DNA of 64,000 nt from Azolla caroliniana (Eukaryota > Plantae > Polypodiophyta). A program made the position numbers and the translations under genes. The DNA is taken from assembly GCA_043228905.1 (NCBI GenBank), contig JBHGNT010000022.1, positions 11,408,001-11,472,000 on the forward strand, written 5' to 3'. Position 1 is the stretch's first letter; each line of letters starts with the position of its first letter. Below the pieces are notes generated by a model that made no database searches, was not told the DNA's origin, and saw only the letters and a list, made by a program, of their open reading frames with translations. This document shows positions 10,801-23,029 of the stretch, piece after piece.

Positions 10801-13227
10801 CCACACTTTTCGAGTCGAATCGTCAATAAAAGTGACGAAGTAAGATGCACCGCCTAGAGACTGATGCGGCATTGGGCCACAGACGTCCGAATGGACTAAG
10901 TCGAGAGGTCTCGTTTCTCTTGGTGCTGATGTCGGGTGTGATGCGGCTGCTTGTTTGCCATACTGGCAGTGCTCGCAAAATTGATGGTCCGAGAAGGAGA
11001 GTTTGGGGATGTATCCGGCTCTAGATAGGTGCGTGATGCCGGCCTTGCTGAGGTGTCCCAGTCTTCGGTGCCATAATGATGACACAGGAATATCCACCAA
11101 AAACAGGTTACCCTCTCTGAGCGTAACATGTAACGGATACAGTGAGTGTATCTTGGGTCCTCTAGCAAGCAGGAGGTTCCCCCTGTGGAGTGTCCACCCT
11201 CCCGAAGAAAAGCCGGCACGAATGCCGTCTTCATCTAGTTGTCCGACTGAGATCAATGGCCTTGAGAGCTCGGGTACATGTCGGACATTGTGGAGTACAA
11301 GTGTAGAGCCACCTGCAAGGTTGAGCTCTACTGTGCCGATTCCGATGATGTCACAGTGTTGTGAGTTGCCGACCCGAACTGAGTCGGAGTGACGGATCGT
11401 ATATTGCCGAAATTGGGACCGATGAGGAGTCACATGAAATGACGCACCCGAATCCAAGAGCCATGTGCTCGATTCTTCAGTCGTGAGCAGAACTTCTGAG
11501 CCGACTGGATGTTCGATTGATAGTATATTCGGGTCGTCCGGTAGTACATCAGCCGAGAAGCTGACGTAATTGATCTCCTCATGCCGGCCACTCTTCTTGT
11601 TGTTCTTGTTCTTGAGTGCGCGGCAGTCGGCTTTGATGTGTCCGGGTTTCTTGCAATAGTTGCAGATTCGGTTATCCCGTGACTGGCTCCGTCTTCGCTG
11701 ATTGTTCGGCGGCCGTGAGGAATCTCGTCCTCGTATGTTCGATCGGTCTGTCGAACCTTGTACTACATAAGCGTCGTCTGTTGAGTCTTTGGCAAAAGAC
11801 TTTCTCCGAGCTGCTTCAGTCAGGATTGCGCTCGTGACTTCGGAGTATTTAACAGTCGTGGTTGACGCGTTGCACACGGTTGTGACGAAAGTTTCCCATG
11901 ATGAGGGAAGGCTGCTCATGAGTATCATTGCTCTGAGTTCATCCTCGATTGCCGTCCCCTGTGACGAGATTTGGGAGCTTATGCTTTCGTACTCATTGAG
12001 GTGTGCTTGAACCGAATCGGATTCTTTCATCCGCAAGTTGTAGAGGCGCCGGATCAGAAACATCTTCGTTGCGGCGACCTTCTTTTCGTAAGTGTCCGAC
12101 AGTGTTTTCCACAGTTCGAATGCTGTCGTACACGATTGCACCGTAAAGTATACCGATTCCGATAGGTGCATCCGAATCGTGGCGCGGACGATTCTGTCCA
12201 GCTTTTGCCACTCAGTTGGTTTGTATCCTTCTGGAGGGTCTTCATTTTCGATGGGATCGATTTGCCCCTTGACTATGAGATAGTCCTGCATTTGCTCCTT
12301 CCAGAAGTTGAAGTTCGATCCATCGAACTTGCGTAGACTCATTTCTGACGAGCCGGATGTTGATGCCATCAAATTCGGTTTCGGTTGACGAAGCTCGGTT
12401 CGGAGTTGACTACGAATCTTGTTGGAGTGCAGCCGGTTGGCTCACCCGATATCGTTCTAGTCGGATTTGAACCCGAGTCGGTTCGGCTTCGGAACTTGCT
12501 CGAATTGACTCCGGTAACTTGAGGGACAGAACCAACTGGTCTTCCCGAATGTTGCCGAGTCGGAGTGAGCCCGGTTCGCTTCGGATATATGTGCCGAATA
12601 CCGATTATTGAAACCGATTATCTGGACCGATTCGGCTTCGGGTGACTGCAGCGACGAGAGATACGGATCCGAGTGATCCTCCCGAATGTCGATCAGCCAG
12701 ATGAAGCACGAATTTGGGTTGTTGTCAAAGTTGCACAAGGGGATTTCACCTCGAGCGGTTACGATCACAAGGGACAGAGTACAACCTGCTGGCTTACTCC
12801 AAGCAAGGGGATCTAACGCGATGAGGTGCAAACCTCGTTTTCGTTCTTCTTCTCTCTTTCTTCGAATGACGCAGGAAACCGAATGCAGAGACGACGACCG
12901 ACAGCGGATTGAAGGACCGACTACTGTGCAGGCTCTGATACCAGATGTTGGAAGCAATGTCGTCTGTGCGGAAGATCAAGAAGCACTCGATTCCTGTTTA
13001 TTCCCTGTGAATGACAGAATGTAGGTCGTTGCACAGAGAGAGAGAGAGAGAGAGGCACAAAAAAGTCTTTCTATTGCATAAACTAGAATACAACAACCAA
13101 CCTCACAAAGAGGTTACAAGGTCACTATATATAGTGACCAACTTAGGGCAACTACCCTTTATGCTAATTACATAAATGGCCAAAACGGGATAGTGTGAAT
13201 ACGTCCATTATACACATGTATTCGACA
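7881..13227 (-). mobile_element. Element E: very young Ty1/copia retrotransposon inserted in C pol
   Basis: 282-bp LTRs 7881-8162 and 12946-13227, identical by eye; TSD CCGCC; PBS TGGTATCAGAGCC (tRNA-iMet) at 12931-12943; PPT at 8163-8170. Confidence 0.97.
8356..12372 (-). CDS. gag-pol: Element E gag-pol polyprotein (gag, CCHC knuckle, PR, INT, RT, RH) with one in-frame stop at 9175-9177
   Basis: CNYCKKPGHIKADC, WLLDSGAS, HSDVCGP, YVDDML, KHIDVRYHF; ORFs 9175-12372 and 8356-9153 are in the same frame. Confidence 0.95.
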
Positions 13228-13795
13228 CCGCCCCCACCGATTTTGAGCTCCCGGAGCGTCCCGTCGGTGAAGGTGTGTCCTATGCAGGCCGGATCTCGTA
13301 AACTGGGGTCCGACGCAACCCCTCTGATCCGGGACTCGCTGCCCTCCGGTAAGGGTGCCGCGACTGGCCTTACCTTCCGGTCGACAGCCTTGTACTTTGT
13401 GCTAACTCGGGCCGTCCGATCCGACCCGAGCGCCCGACTGAAGTTCGCGATGACTTCGTACATCTCTTTGGAACATACCGGTATCGTCCGGTCTTCGTTA
13501 AGGTCTTCTCCGGCAACTTTCCTCAGCATCCCCAAGGTGTCGTCGAAGGAGACCGCCTCCACGGCTCCGCTGATTTCCTCGTCCGGGCCGAGAACTCCGC
13601 ACGCTTGAAGTCGCACTTCCGCCCTTGTATTTTCTCGCCCAACGACGCCGACTATCATACACCCTCCGTTGCCGGAGACGCAGAATTTTCTACCTATCGT
13701 ACAAGGTTTCTTTGGTTTCGGTTCTATCGTACAGCTGTGGGGTCTTTCCCGAGTGTCCGGACTGTCTTGGCCCCACGCCTTGGCAGCCCTCTCTA
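13228..13795 (-). CDS. pol: Element C pol N-terminal segment (-1 frame relative to gag-PR)
   Basis: Open frame from the ORF1 stop region through YKAVDRKVRPV...LKIGGG; joins GFLLPAEEDRF across element E, as in uninterrupted element D. Confidence 0.85.
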
Positions 13796-15930
13796 AAAAT
13801 CCTCCTGGTTCTCGCCACCGAGGGATTCGCGGTTCCGCTTGTGGTTCGGTCTCACGGTCAGAAATTGGACCGAATGGCGCCCGTCCTGGCTTTTGACCCT
13901 TGCGTAGGCTGAACCGTTGTTTAGCACCTTGGTGTCCATTCGCGCCACCGTGATGTATGGTTCACCTAATATGACCGGGTGCGAAGATGTCTCTTGTACG
14001 AAGAAGTGTTGGTCAATCTCGACGTCGCCGATCTTGACTCGCACGTTCGGGCAGGCCCCATGCAGTTCCTCGGTGGCGCGCGTCGCCGCCCGTATCTTCC
14101 ACCCGTGCTTGGTGTTGATCGGCCACTTCCCCTTCTTATAGAAGTCCATGGACATTAGGTTTATTTCCGAACCGTGGTCCACCAACGCCACCACCGGTTC
14201 CCGAACATCTCCGATCTTTACCGGGGTCTCCGTGGTCGCTCGGGCCCAGTGTGGCCTCGAATAGTGGCTCTCCGCCCACTCATCTTCCAGCGCCATGTCG
14301 TCGATGTGCGTCGTCCGCACCTCTACCGGTCTTTCCGGATCCGTCTCCGTCGACAGCCTCTTCCGTTTCACCAAGTCTACAATGGAGTCGTGGAACTCCT
14401 TCTTGGCGATCCCTAGCACCTCCCGCAATGACAGCTCCACCTTGCTGTCGAGGATCCGTTCCTCTAGGACCTTCCGTAGGTCCGTAGTCCTTTCTATTTC
14501 CGTCCCCAGTCGGTATCCGCCCTTCCTGGGGTTATCTTGCGAGCTGGGCCCGCCGGCATCGTTCCGTTGTTGCCCGAATCGGGTCTCGTACCGTTGTGAA
14601 GGCCCGACCGCTCCGGCTTTCCCCACTCGTTTGTCTTGTACCAGAGCCTCGTAGTTCTGGCAGGCGGCTTCTATGAAGCCCGTCTTCTCCTCGACCGGAT
14701 CGCTCCACCCGGTTATTTCCCGGACCCGTCTCTCAGCGCGGTCCGTTTCATCCTTCTTCAACCGTGCACTGGCAAGACCTTCCAGCATTGCCGACCAGAA
14801 TCCGTCTTTGCCCTCCTTTCGGGCCTCGCTGCCCCCGACCCGAATGCCGGCCGACGCCGAGTAGTGGATGGCCTCCACGTGTCGGGCCGCTGCCTCTTCC
14901 ATCATTCTCTTCATACCTCCTCGCCCGTCGTTTCGGTTCAGGGCCCTCTTGGTGTCGCCGGCGTGCACCCGGCCTTCCCACAGGTACACCACCCAGTTCG
15001 TCAATGCCTCTGCGAAATCGCCGCAGTCCTTCTGAATGTGGCCGACCTCGTCGCACCACATGCACCTGTTCCCCGCTGCCGGCCGTCGGTCACGAGCCGG
15101 TTCGCCGCCTTCCCTTCGAGTCTGGGTGATCTGGAGATCCTTTATCGCCCGCGTCAACTCCTCCAGCGCGGCTCCTCCGGAAGAGCCATTGACCATGCCG
15201 GTCGAAGCCGGACTGGTTTCGAGCCATTCCCGGGTTTCTTCCCTTCATACTTGCGGTGCCGGTTCAAGCCTCCTTGCTGTGACAGACCCCGCACCGGCCG
15301 CCCCGTTGTCAGCCCATTCCCGCCGTTTATCGAAACGGCCACAGACTCTCTTAACTGCAACCCAGTCGGTTGTCAGCCCGTCCTCGGTTTCCAGCAAGGA
15401 GCCGATTTGGTCCCGGTCCCGCTCGTCCACCGACTTGACGAACAATAGGACCCGGCTTGTATCCAGAACGGTTCGGTCAAGCGTCGAAAGGCACGCAAAG
15501 CGTTCTTCGAACTCCCGGAGGAGTGCCGACGCGTTTCTTCCCTTGCCGGGGGACTCCACCCATTCCATGAAGTCTCGTTTCGAAAGCCGGAGCGCGTCGT
15601 CCAGCCCGTATTTTTCCAGGAGTCGGCCTTCGAACTCCTCCAAGGTACGACTCTCCGCCCGCACCTCGAGCACCTCCGCATGGATGCTCCGCATCGCCAC
15701 TCGAGGAAACCCGGCAAGACGCCTCTCTTCCGGAATGTCCCACATCAGCATTTCTGCCCTGTAGGACGCCAAATACTTCGTGGCATCCTTTCCGCTGAAC
15801 TGGACGATCGTACCGACGACCGCCTCAATGGCTCTGTCGAGGGCGCCGGAGCCCTCGCGTGCGCTTAGTATCTGATCCACGGCCGAAGCCATTGGCCTCT
15901 ACAAGATCCGACCCTTTCATCTTCTGCTCT
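13793..15930 (-). pseudogene. gag: Element C gag-protease ORF1 with one premature stop (~15245)
   Basis: Zn knuckle CMWCDEVGHIQKDC; protease ALVDHGSEIN and ILGEP; the stop corresponds to CGA in element D. Confidence 0.9.
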
Positions 15931-16655
15931 TCTGCCGCCTCTTTCACGTCAGGTTCACCAAGATGTCAAGGTATTCCTCGCGGATGCGTGGAATGAGGTG
16001 GAACCTCGGGGGTCCTGTACCAAAGAGCAAGAGAGGAGGGGAAGAATCCCTCTACGTGCGAGCGTAGATCCACAGGGACACGACCCTTCGACGCAAAGAC
16101 GCAAGTGGGACAACGACACAGAAAGACACGAATGTATGTATGTATTGACAAAGACAAACAACAAGAACACGAAGACAACAAAACACGAAGTCGGTTACAA
16201 CCGAACAGGCCGGCGAACAGATGCCGATACCTGCTCGTAAACGCACAGAGAGGAAGGAGTAGGTTGGAGGTGCTGCTGGAAGCACTCAGGCATTCCTCAG
16301 AGCAGCGCGAGCCTCCCGAAACCTACACAGAAGGAAGCTATGGCGTTTGCAAACCAGAGAGAGAGAGAGAGAAGCCTTCGCACGCAAACTGACAGCACTT
16401 CGTCCTCGACTCTCCGCGACTCTCCGCGATGCTTCACCCCTCCTCGTCTCCCTCCTTTTATAGGCAAGGAAGGAGCCGTTTCCCCTTTACTTCCTACCTA
16501 CCGAATCTTCCTAGGATCTCCTATGTACAACATAAGGCTCCCGTGCATGAAGAGTCGGTTTCTACGCTCCGGTGCACTGATTCCGCTTGTGGACGGTTTT
16601 CTTCACGACAACGTCACCAAAGGGTGGTACGGTAGAATGACTTACGGCACAACGC

Positions 16656-17377
16656 TGTCGTAGTGTATCTCGTACACTACGTGAAAAAGTAAAAATAATA
16701 TAACCGATTTAATTACATATAAATAAATAAAATAAGGATATCAAGATATTTATCACGTGCATAGGGCAAGATTTGAACCTTGTACCTCCACATAGCCAAA
16801 CCTCAACTTTACCATTATACTACCTTATCTTTAGTGTTCTACAAATAGATTTAATAACTATAAGTGCTTTATTTGCGCCTACCTTTATTAAAAGGTAAAT
16901 CATGCATTTTTAGAGTGCGTGAATATTTTATAGAAAAACGCAAGCAACTAAAAAGTGACTCATGCACATCTAGCGTGCATAAGCACTATATTTAGCAAAT
17001 AAAAGCAAGGATTAGAAAAGCATCACATGCACATTTAGTGTGCATGAACATATTAGAAAAAGCATGTAGCTATGCTTAGTCTCTCCCATCACTATATAAG
17101 GATGGGGAACACATTGTAGTTTTTGTTGATTATTTTTCTATAATGATCAATCAACCTAAAATATTCGTGGGATTCACGAATTTGCTAAAATAATTCTCTC
17201 TTACTACCTAAATATTGACTAAATATACTAAACTCGTGGGATTCACGAGATTCTCATCTTATAACTCTTTATACCTATTCTTTACTAGCCTTATTTGTAT
17301 TTTTCTTCCTCCTAGTCCAAAACCTCGGTGGTTCCCACCCGACTCACGCAAACGATCCGGAGCCGAAAGGCACGACA
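16656..17377. mobile_element. Insert F: 722-bp AT-rich solo-LTR-like or non-autonomous element in B's LTR
   Basis: Termini TGTCGT...ACGACA, 4-bp TSD ACGC; absent from the other B LTR (~35085-35095). Confidence 0.85.
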
Positions 17378-17723
17378 ACGCTTACTTAGACCTTAATCGA
17401 TTACTTAGCCATCCGTAATTAACACGCGTAAGATATAACAATGAATACAGAACGGTAATCAACACTGGAAGATTAAGACAATAAACTTTATTAATTATCC
17501 GCTCCTGATTACATTGTAACCGGGCCTTTATATAGGTCTCCGGTGCGAAATACAAAACGGTGCCAACCGACACCTTTACGGAATCGTTCCGGATCCAGAT
17601 CGGCATACCGATTCCGGTCCGTCCGTCCACATCTTCTTATATAATAATATGTATATATTAATGTTGGGATATCGGTCCCTCCGGATGGGATGTCCGGAGA
17701 TGAATGACGGCAAGCCCGGTTAC

Positions 17724-17885
17724 GGCTACGGAGCCGGATGATGAAGACCCCGGCTACGGAGTCGGACGATGAAGACTACGGCTACGGAGCCGGATGATGA
17801 AGACCCTGGCTACGGAGCCGGACGATGAAGACCCCGGCTACGGAGCCGGATGATGAAGACCCCGGCTACGGAGCCGGATGACGAA
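17724..17885 (+). repeat. 28-bp minisatellite in G 5' LTR (5 units plus partial; 6 plus partial in 3' LTR at ~22263-22452)
   Basis: Unit GGCTACGGAGCCGGAYGATGAAGACCCC. Confidence 0.9.
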
Positions 17886-18155
17886 TGTACCCGGAGAGAG
17901 AGATCCGGATGCGGGGACATATTTGTGAATATGTTTGCCAAGGGCCCTTGAGGCTATATTTGTAAATAGCCCGAAAGTCATATGTGTATAAATATGACTT
18001 AGGGCAAACTGTTTGTTGTTGTTGCTCATATTTTTTATGTTTTCAGCCAAGAGGAGCGAAGAGAGAGCAGCCGTGAGAGAGATAGAGCGTGAGAGAGGGA
18101 GAGGTCGACGCCTCTGTGTAATACCGCCGCCTGTGGCGAGGATAGCGAGCTCAAG

Positions 18156-21100
18156 GTGAATGCGCAGAATTACGCCGACTGGAAGATCAAGATGGAGGAT
18201 CTTCTGATTGTTCGGGACCTGTACGAACCGATTGACAGGTCGGAAATACCGAAGGGGGTACTTGAGTCGGAATGGAGGCTTCTGAACCGGAAAGCCGTTG
18301 CAACCATTCGGCAATACGTCGACGTGAGCGTTCTACAGCATGTGGCGAACGACACCAACGCATATGAGATGTGGCGGAAGCTGTCGGGCCTCTACGAGAG
18401 GAAGAATGCGTTGAACCGGACCTCCCTGATGAGGAAGATAGTGAACCTCAAGTACCGGGACGGCGAGAGTATGGTGGAACACGTAAGCACGTTCATGGGA
18501 TTCGTGAACTAGCTTGCGGCGATCAAGTTCCCGTTGGAGGATGCAATGCAAGCCATCATCCTGATGTGTACATTGCCGGAAAGCTGGGAGAACTTGGTGG
18601 TGACTCTCAGCACCTCTTGCACCGAAGATAACTTGTCTCTACAAACGGTAAAGACAAGTATTCTAAATGAAGAAGCGCGTCGGAGAGATAAAGAACCGGC
18701 CACCGACTCGAAGGCGCTGCTTACCGAATCGGAACGGGGAAGACAGTGGAACCGGAGTCCGCAAAGACGGGAGAAGTCGGGGACCCGGTCGCAGTCAAGA
18801 GGAAGACCCACATGCTTCCACTGTGGGAAGCCGGGGCACTTCCGGAAGAATTGTCGGCATTACCGAAAGGACAACGGAGCCGACGACACCGATTCGAAGA
18901 AGTCACCGGAGAGAAACGGTGCATACCGGGGAGCCACGGACCGGAGAGGTCCGGATCGGCGAGGGCAGGACCGGAAAGGAACGACAGCACTCGCGGCAAG
19001 TGAAGAAGAGATAATGCTCATTACCGAAGAGACAGAGCTGAACCTTGCCGGTGAAGAGATGACCTGGGTGGTTGATTCCGGAGCGTCGTTCCACCTGACC
19101 CCGGAGAAGAAATACTTCTCATCCTACACAGCCGGTGAGCATGGCTGTGTTCGGATGGGAAATGAAGGTACGTGCCGGATTTCCGGCATAGGAGATGTAT
19201 GGCTGATGACATCAACCGGATGCAAGATGCTGCTGAAGGATGTTCGACACGTTCCGGAGGTTCGATTGAACCTGATTTCGGCCAGGAGGCTAGACGATGA
19301 AGGCTACACGGGTAGCATCCGGAACGGTGTCATGAAGTTTAGCAAAGGGAGCCTGATAGTGGCTCGGGCCCGGAAGATCAACACACTGTACCTGATGAAT
19401 TCCCGGCTATGTCTGGAGGAGCTGAACGTGGCAGCTGACACTGCCGGTGAGCTATGGCACAAGAGACTGTGTCACATGAGCGAGAAGGGGATGAAGAGGC
19501 TTGCCGAAGACAACCTGATACCGGTAAAGCATGTACACTTGGGGAAGTGTATCGACTGTCTGGCCGGTAAGCAAAACCGGACCTCCTTCCACTCAAGGCC
19601 ACCGACGAGACGTAGCGCACCATTGGAGTTGGTGCACACTGACGTGTGTCAGGTAGAAACGAAGTCACATGGCGGAGCCCAGTACTTCGTGACATTCATA
19701 GATGACCACAGCCGGAAGCTGTGGACGGCACCGATGAAGACAAAGGACCAAGTATTGTCCGTCTTCAAAGAACTCCACGCGAGAGTGGAAAGAGAATCCG
19801 GCAAGAAGCTGAAAGCACTACGAGCGGATAACGGAGGAGAATACCGAGGACAATTTGAGGAGTATTGCCGTTCGATGGGAATCCGGCTCGAGTTTACTGT
19901 GCCAAAGACGCCGGAACTGAACGGGCTGGCCGAGAGGATGAACCGGACCATAATGGAGAGGGTCCGGAGTATGCTAGCGCATGCGAAATTACCCAAGGGG
20001 TTTTGGGCTGAGGCAATGTCGACGGCGACATACGTGATAAATAGATCACCCTCAGTACCCCTGGATGGAGACACGCCACAGAGAGTGTGGACCGGTAAGG
20101 AAGTGTCCTACCGGCATATGAAGGTGTTCGGGTGTCTCGTATATGTGCATGTGGCAAAGGACCGGAGAGGAAAGCTAGATCCAAAGACCCGGCCATGCAT
20201 ATTCCTCGGTTACGGCAACGACGAGTTCGGCTACCGAGTATGGGACCCGGTCGACAAGAAGATATTCAGGAGTCGAGATATCATCTTCATGGAGGACAAG
20301 ACACTCGCCGACTGGGAGTCGGAAAGGAAGATGAAGAGCTCCAAGTCGACCGGTGAGGATAAACTCTACGAAGAGCAGTCCCGACCGGCAAGGGACCGGT
20401 TAGCACTCGAGGATCCGGCCGAAGACGGTGAAGAAACAGAACCGGCCGAGGAAGATGAAACTGATACCGGAACCGGCCCCGATCTCGAAATGGATTCGGA
20501 TGAAGAGGAAACGGAGGAGCCGGTTACCGAAGCTCCGGAACGGAGATATCCTCTAAGAGAGAGAAGGGCCCCCCGGAGATTTCCGGAACCAGAGCACGTG
20601 CTGCTAACCGACGAGGGGGAGCCAGAGAGCTTTGAAGAAGCAAAGCATGACACCCAGAGCCGCAAGTGGTTGAGTGCCATGCAGGACGAGATGGATTCCC
20701 TGCATGAGAACCACACATATGAACTTGTGGAGTTGCCGAAAGGAAAGCGGGCACTTCGAAACAAGTGGGTGTTCAAGCTGAAACCGGGAGATGCCGGAAA
20801 CCCCCCGAGATACAAAGCCAGGATCGTGGTGAAGGGGTTTCAGCAGAAGAAGGGCGTCGACTTCGACGAGATATTTGCCCCGGTAGTGAAGATGACCTCC
20901 ATCCGGACGGTGCTGAGCATAGCGGCAAGCATGGACCTCGAGGTAGAACAGATGGACGTGAAGACGGCATTCCTTCACGGTGACCTCGAAGAAGAGATCT
21001 ACATGCAGCAACCGGAAGGATTCGAGAAGAAAGGGAAGGAGCACCTGGTATGCCGGTTGAAGAAGAGGCTTTACGGTCTGAAGCAGGCTCCCCGGCAATG

Positions 21101-22190
21101 GTACCGGAAGTTCGACTCCTTCATGACAGACGAAGGGTACCACAAAACGCAGTCCGATCACTGCGTGTTTGTGAAGAAGTTCGAAGGAGGAGACTTTCTA
21201 ATACTCCTCCTGTACGTGGACGACATGTTGATCGTCGGACGGGACCAGGTCAAGATACGGATGCTGAAGAAGGCTCTTCACCGAACCTTCTCAATGAAGG
21301 ACTTGGGTCCGGCAAGGCAAATACTAGGGATGCACATCATCCGGGACCGGAAGAAGAAGCAGTTGTGGCTGTCACAGGAGAAGTACGTGACAAAGGTGCT
21401 TCATCGGTTCAACATGTTGGAAGCAAGACCGGTCGGGTCAACACTCCCGACAAACTGCAAGCTGTCCAGCAAGCAAAGCCCCAAGACAAAGGCTGAGAAG
21501 GAGGACATGATGAAAGTACCATATGCCTCTGCCGTCGGGAGCTTGATGTACGCAATGGTGTGTACCCGACCGGACATAGGATATGCAGTCGGAGTGGTGA
21601 GCCGGTACATGAGCAATCCCGGCAAAGAGCATTGGAACGCGGCCAAGTGGATACTCCGATATCTGAAGGGCACAGCAAACGTGTGCCTCCGATTCGGCTC
21701 CGGTAAGCCCGAACTCGACGGCTTCACCGATTCGGATATGTCGGCTGATGCAGATACCAGCCGGTCCACATCAGGGTATGTGATGACGTATGCAGGAGGA
21801 GCTGTTTCGTGGCAGTCGAGGCTGCAGAAGACGGTTGCGTTGTCAACCACGGAGGCGGAGTACATGGCGGCTGTTGAAGCCGGCAAGGAAATAATATGGA
21901 TGAAGGACTTCATTAGAGAGCTTGGTATCCGGCAGGAGGAGTACCGACTCTATTGCGACAGTCAGAGTGCCATCCACCTTGCGAAGAATGCAGCCTATCA
22001 CTCCCGGACGAAGCACATCCAGCGAAGATATCACTGGATCCGGGAAAGGATAGAAGACCAGGAGTTCGTGCTGACGAAGATTCACATGGACGAGAACGGG
22101 TCAGATATGCTGACCAAAGTGCTCACACCCGACAAGCTGGAAGCATGCCGGAAGAGGATTGGATTGGAGAGACATCCCATGCCGAAGTGA
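18156..22190 (+). pseudogene. gag-pol: Element G gag-pol; start lost, one stop at 18510-18512
   Basis: NYADWK, CFHCGKPGHFRKNC, WVVDSGAS, HTDVC, YVDDML, TKHIQRRYHW. Confidence 0.94.
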
Positions 22191-23029
22191 AGGGGGAGTT
22201 TGTTGGGATATCGGTCCCTCCGGATGGGATGTCCGGAGATGAATGACGGCAAGCCCGGTTACGGCTACGGAGCCGGATGATGAAGACCCCGGCTACGGAG
22301 CCGGACGATGAAGACTACGGCTACGGAGCCGGATGATGAAAACCCCGGCTACGGAGCCGGACGATGAAGACCCCGGCTACGGAGCCGGACGATGAAGACC
22401 CCGGCTACGGAGCCGGACGATGAAGACCCCGGCTACGGAGCCGGATGACGAATGTACCCGGAGAGAGAGATCCGGATGCGGGGACATATTTGTGAATATG
22501 TTTGCCAAGGGCCCTTGAGGCTATATTTGTAAATAGCCCGAAAGTCATATGTGTATAAATATGACTTAGGGCAAACTGTTTGTTGTTGTTGCTCATATTT
22601 TTTATGTTTTCAGCCAAGAGGAGCGAAGAGAGAGCAGCCGTGAGAGAGATAGAGCGTGAGAGAGGGAGAGGTCGACGCCTCTGTGTAATACCGCCGCCTG
22701 TGGCGAGGATAGCGAGCTCAAGGTCGTCGCCTTGCAGCTCGCCATTGTATATTTCTCTGTGCATAGTTTTGGTTTGGAGTCTTGCACTCCCGTGGTTTTT
22801 CCCGTATAGGGTTTTCCACGTTAATCCCTGTGTTATTGTGTCTTTCTCTGTGTTTCCTATTTTCTGCTGCATTGATTCGTGATTTCTCGGTTGTGGCCGA
22901 ACGGTGAAGGTGAATCGGAGCGTTGATTCACAACAATTAATACTACTAATTACAACAGTTCCCGAATAACTATTCCTTTCACACTTTGGTTTGGACCTCC
23001 TTAAGCCTTCTTTATCGGCCAGTAACACA

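Larger units (their letters stand above)
4227..16610 (-). mobile_element. Element C: tRNA-Trp-primed non-chromovirus Ty3/gypsy element (possibly Phygy/Selgy-like), inserted in B's 3' LTR
   Basis: LTRs 4227-4873 and 15964-16610; 4-bp TSD ACGT; PBS TGGTGAACCTGACGTG (~15945-15960); G-rich PPT at 4874-4890. Confidence 0.95.
17662..22935 (+). mobile_element. Element G: Ty1/copia (Tnt1/Tork-like) retrotransposon in B's LTR; 5' LTR end, PBS and leader deleted
   Basis: 5' LTR 17662-18157 (truncated), 3' LTR 22201-22935, TSD ATTAA, PPT GAAGGGGGAG just before 22201. Confidence 0.96.

Noticed and set aside
17724-17885. 28-bp repeats as a CRISPR array
   Set aside because: Directly tandem with no spacers, and part of a copia LTR.
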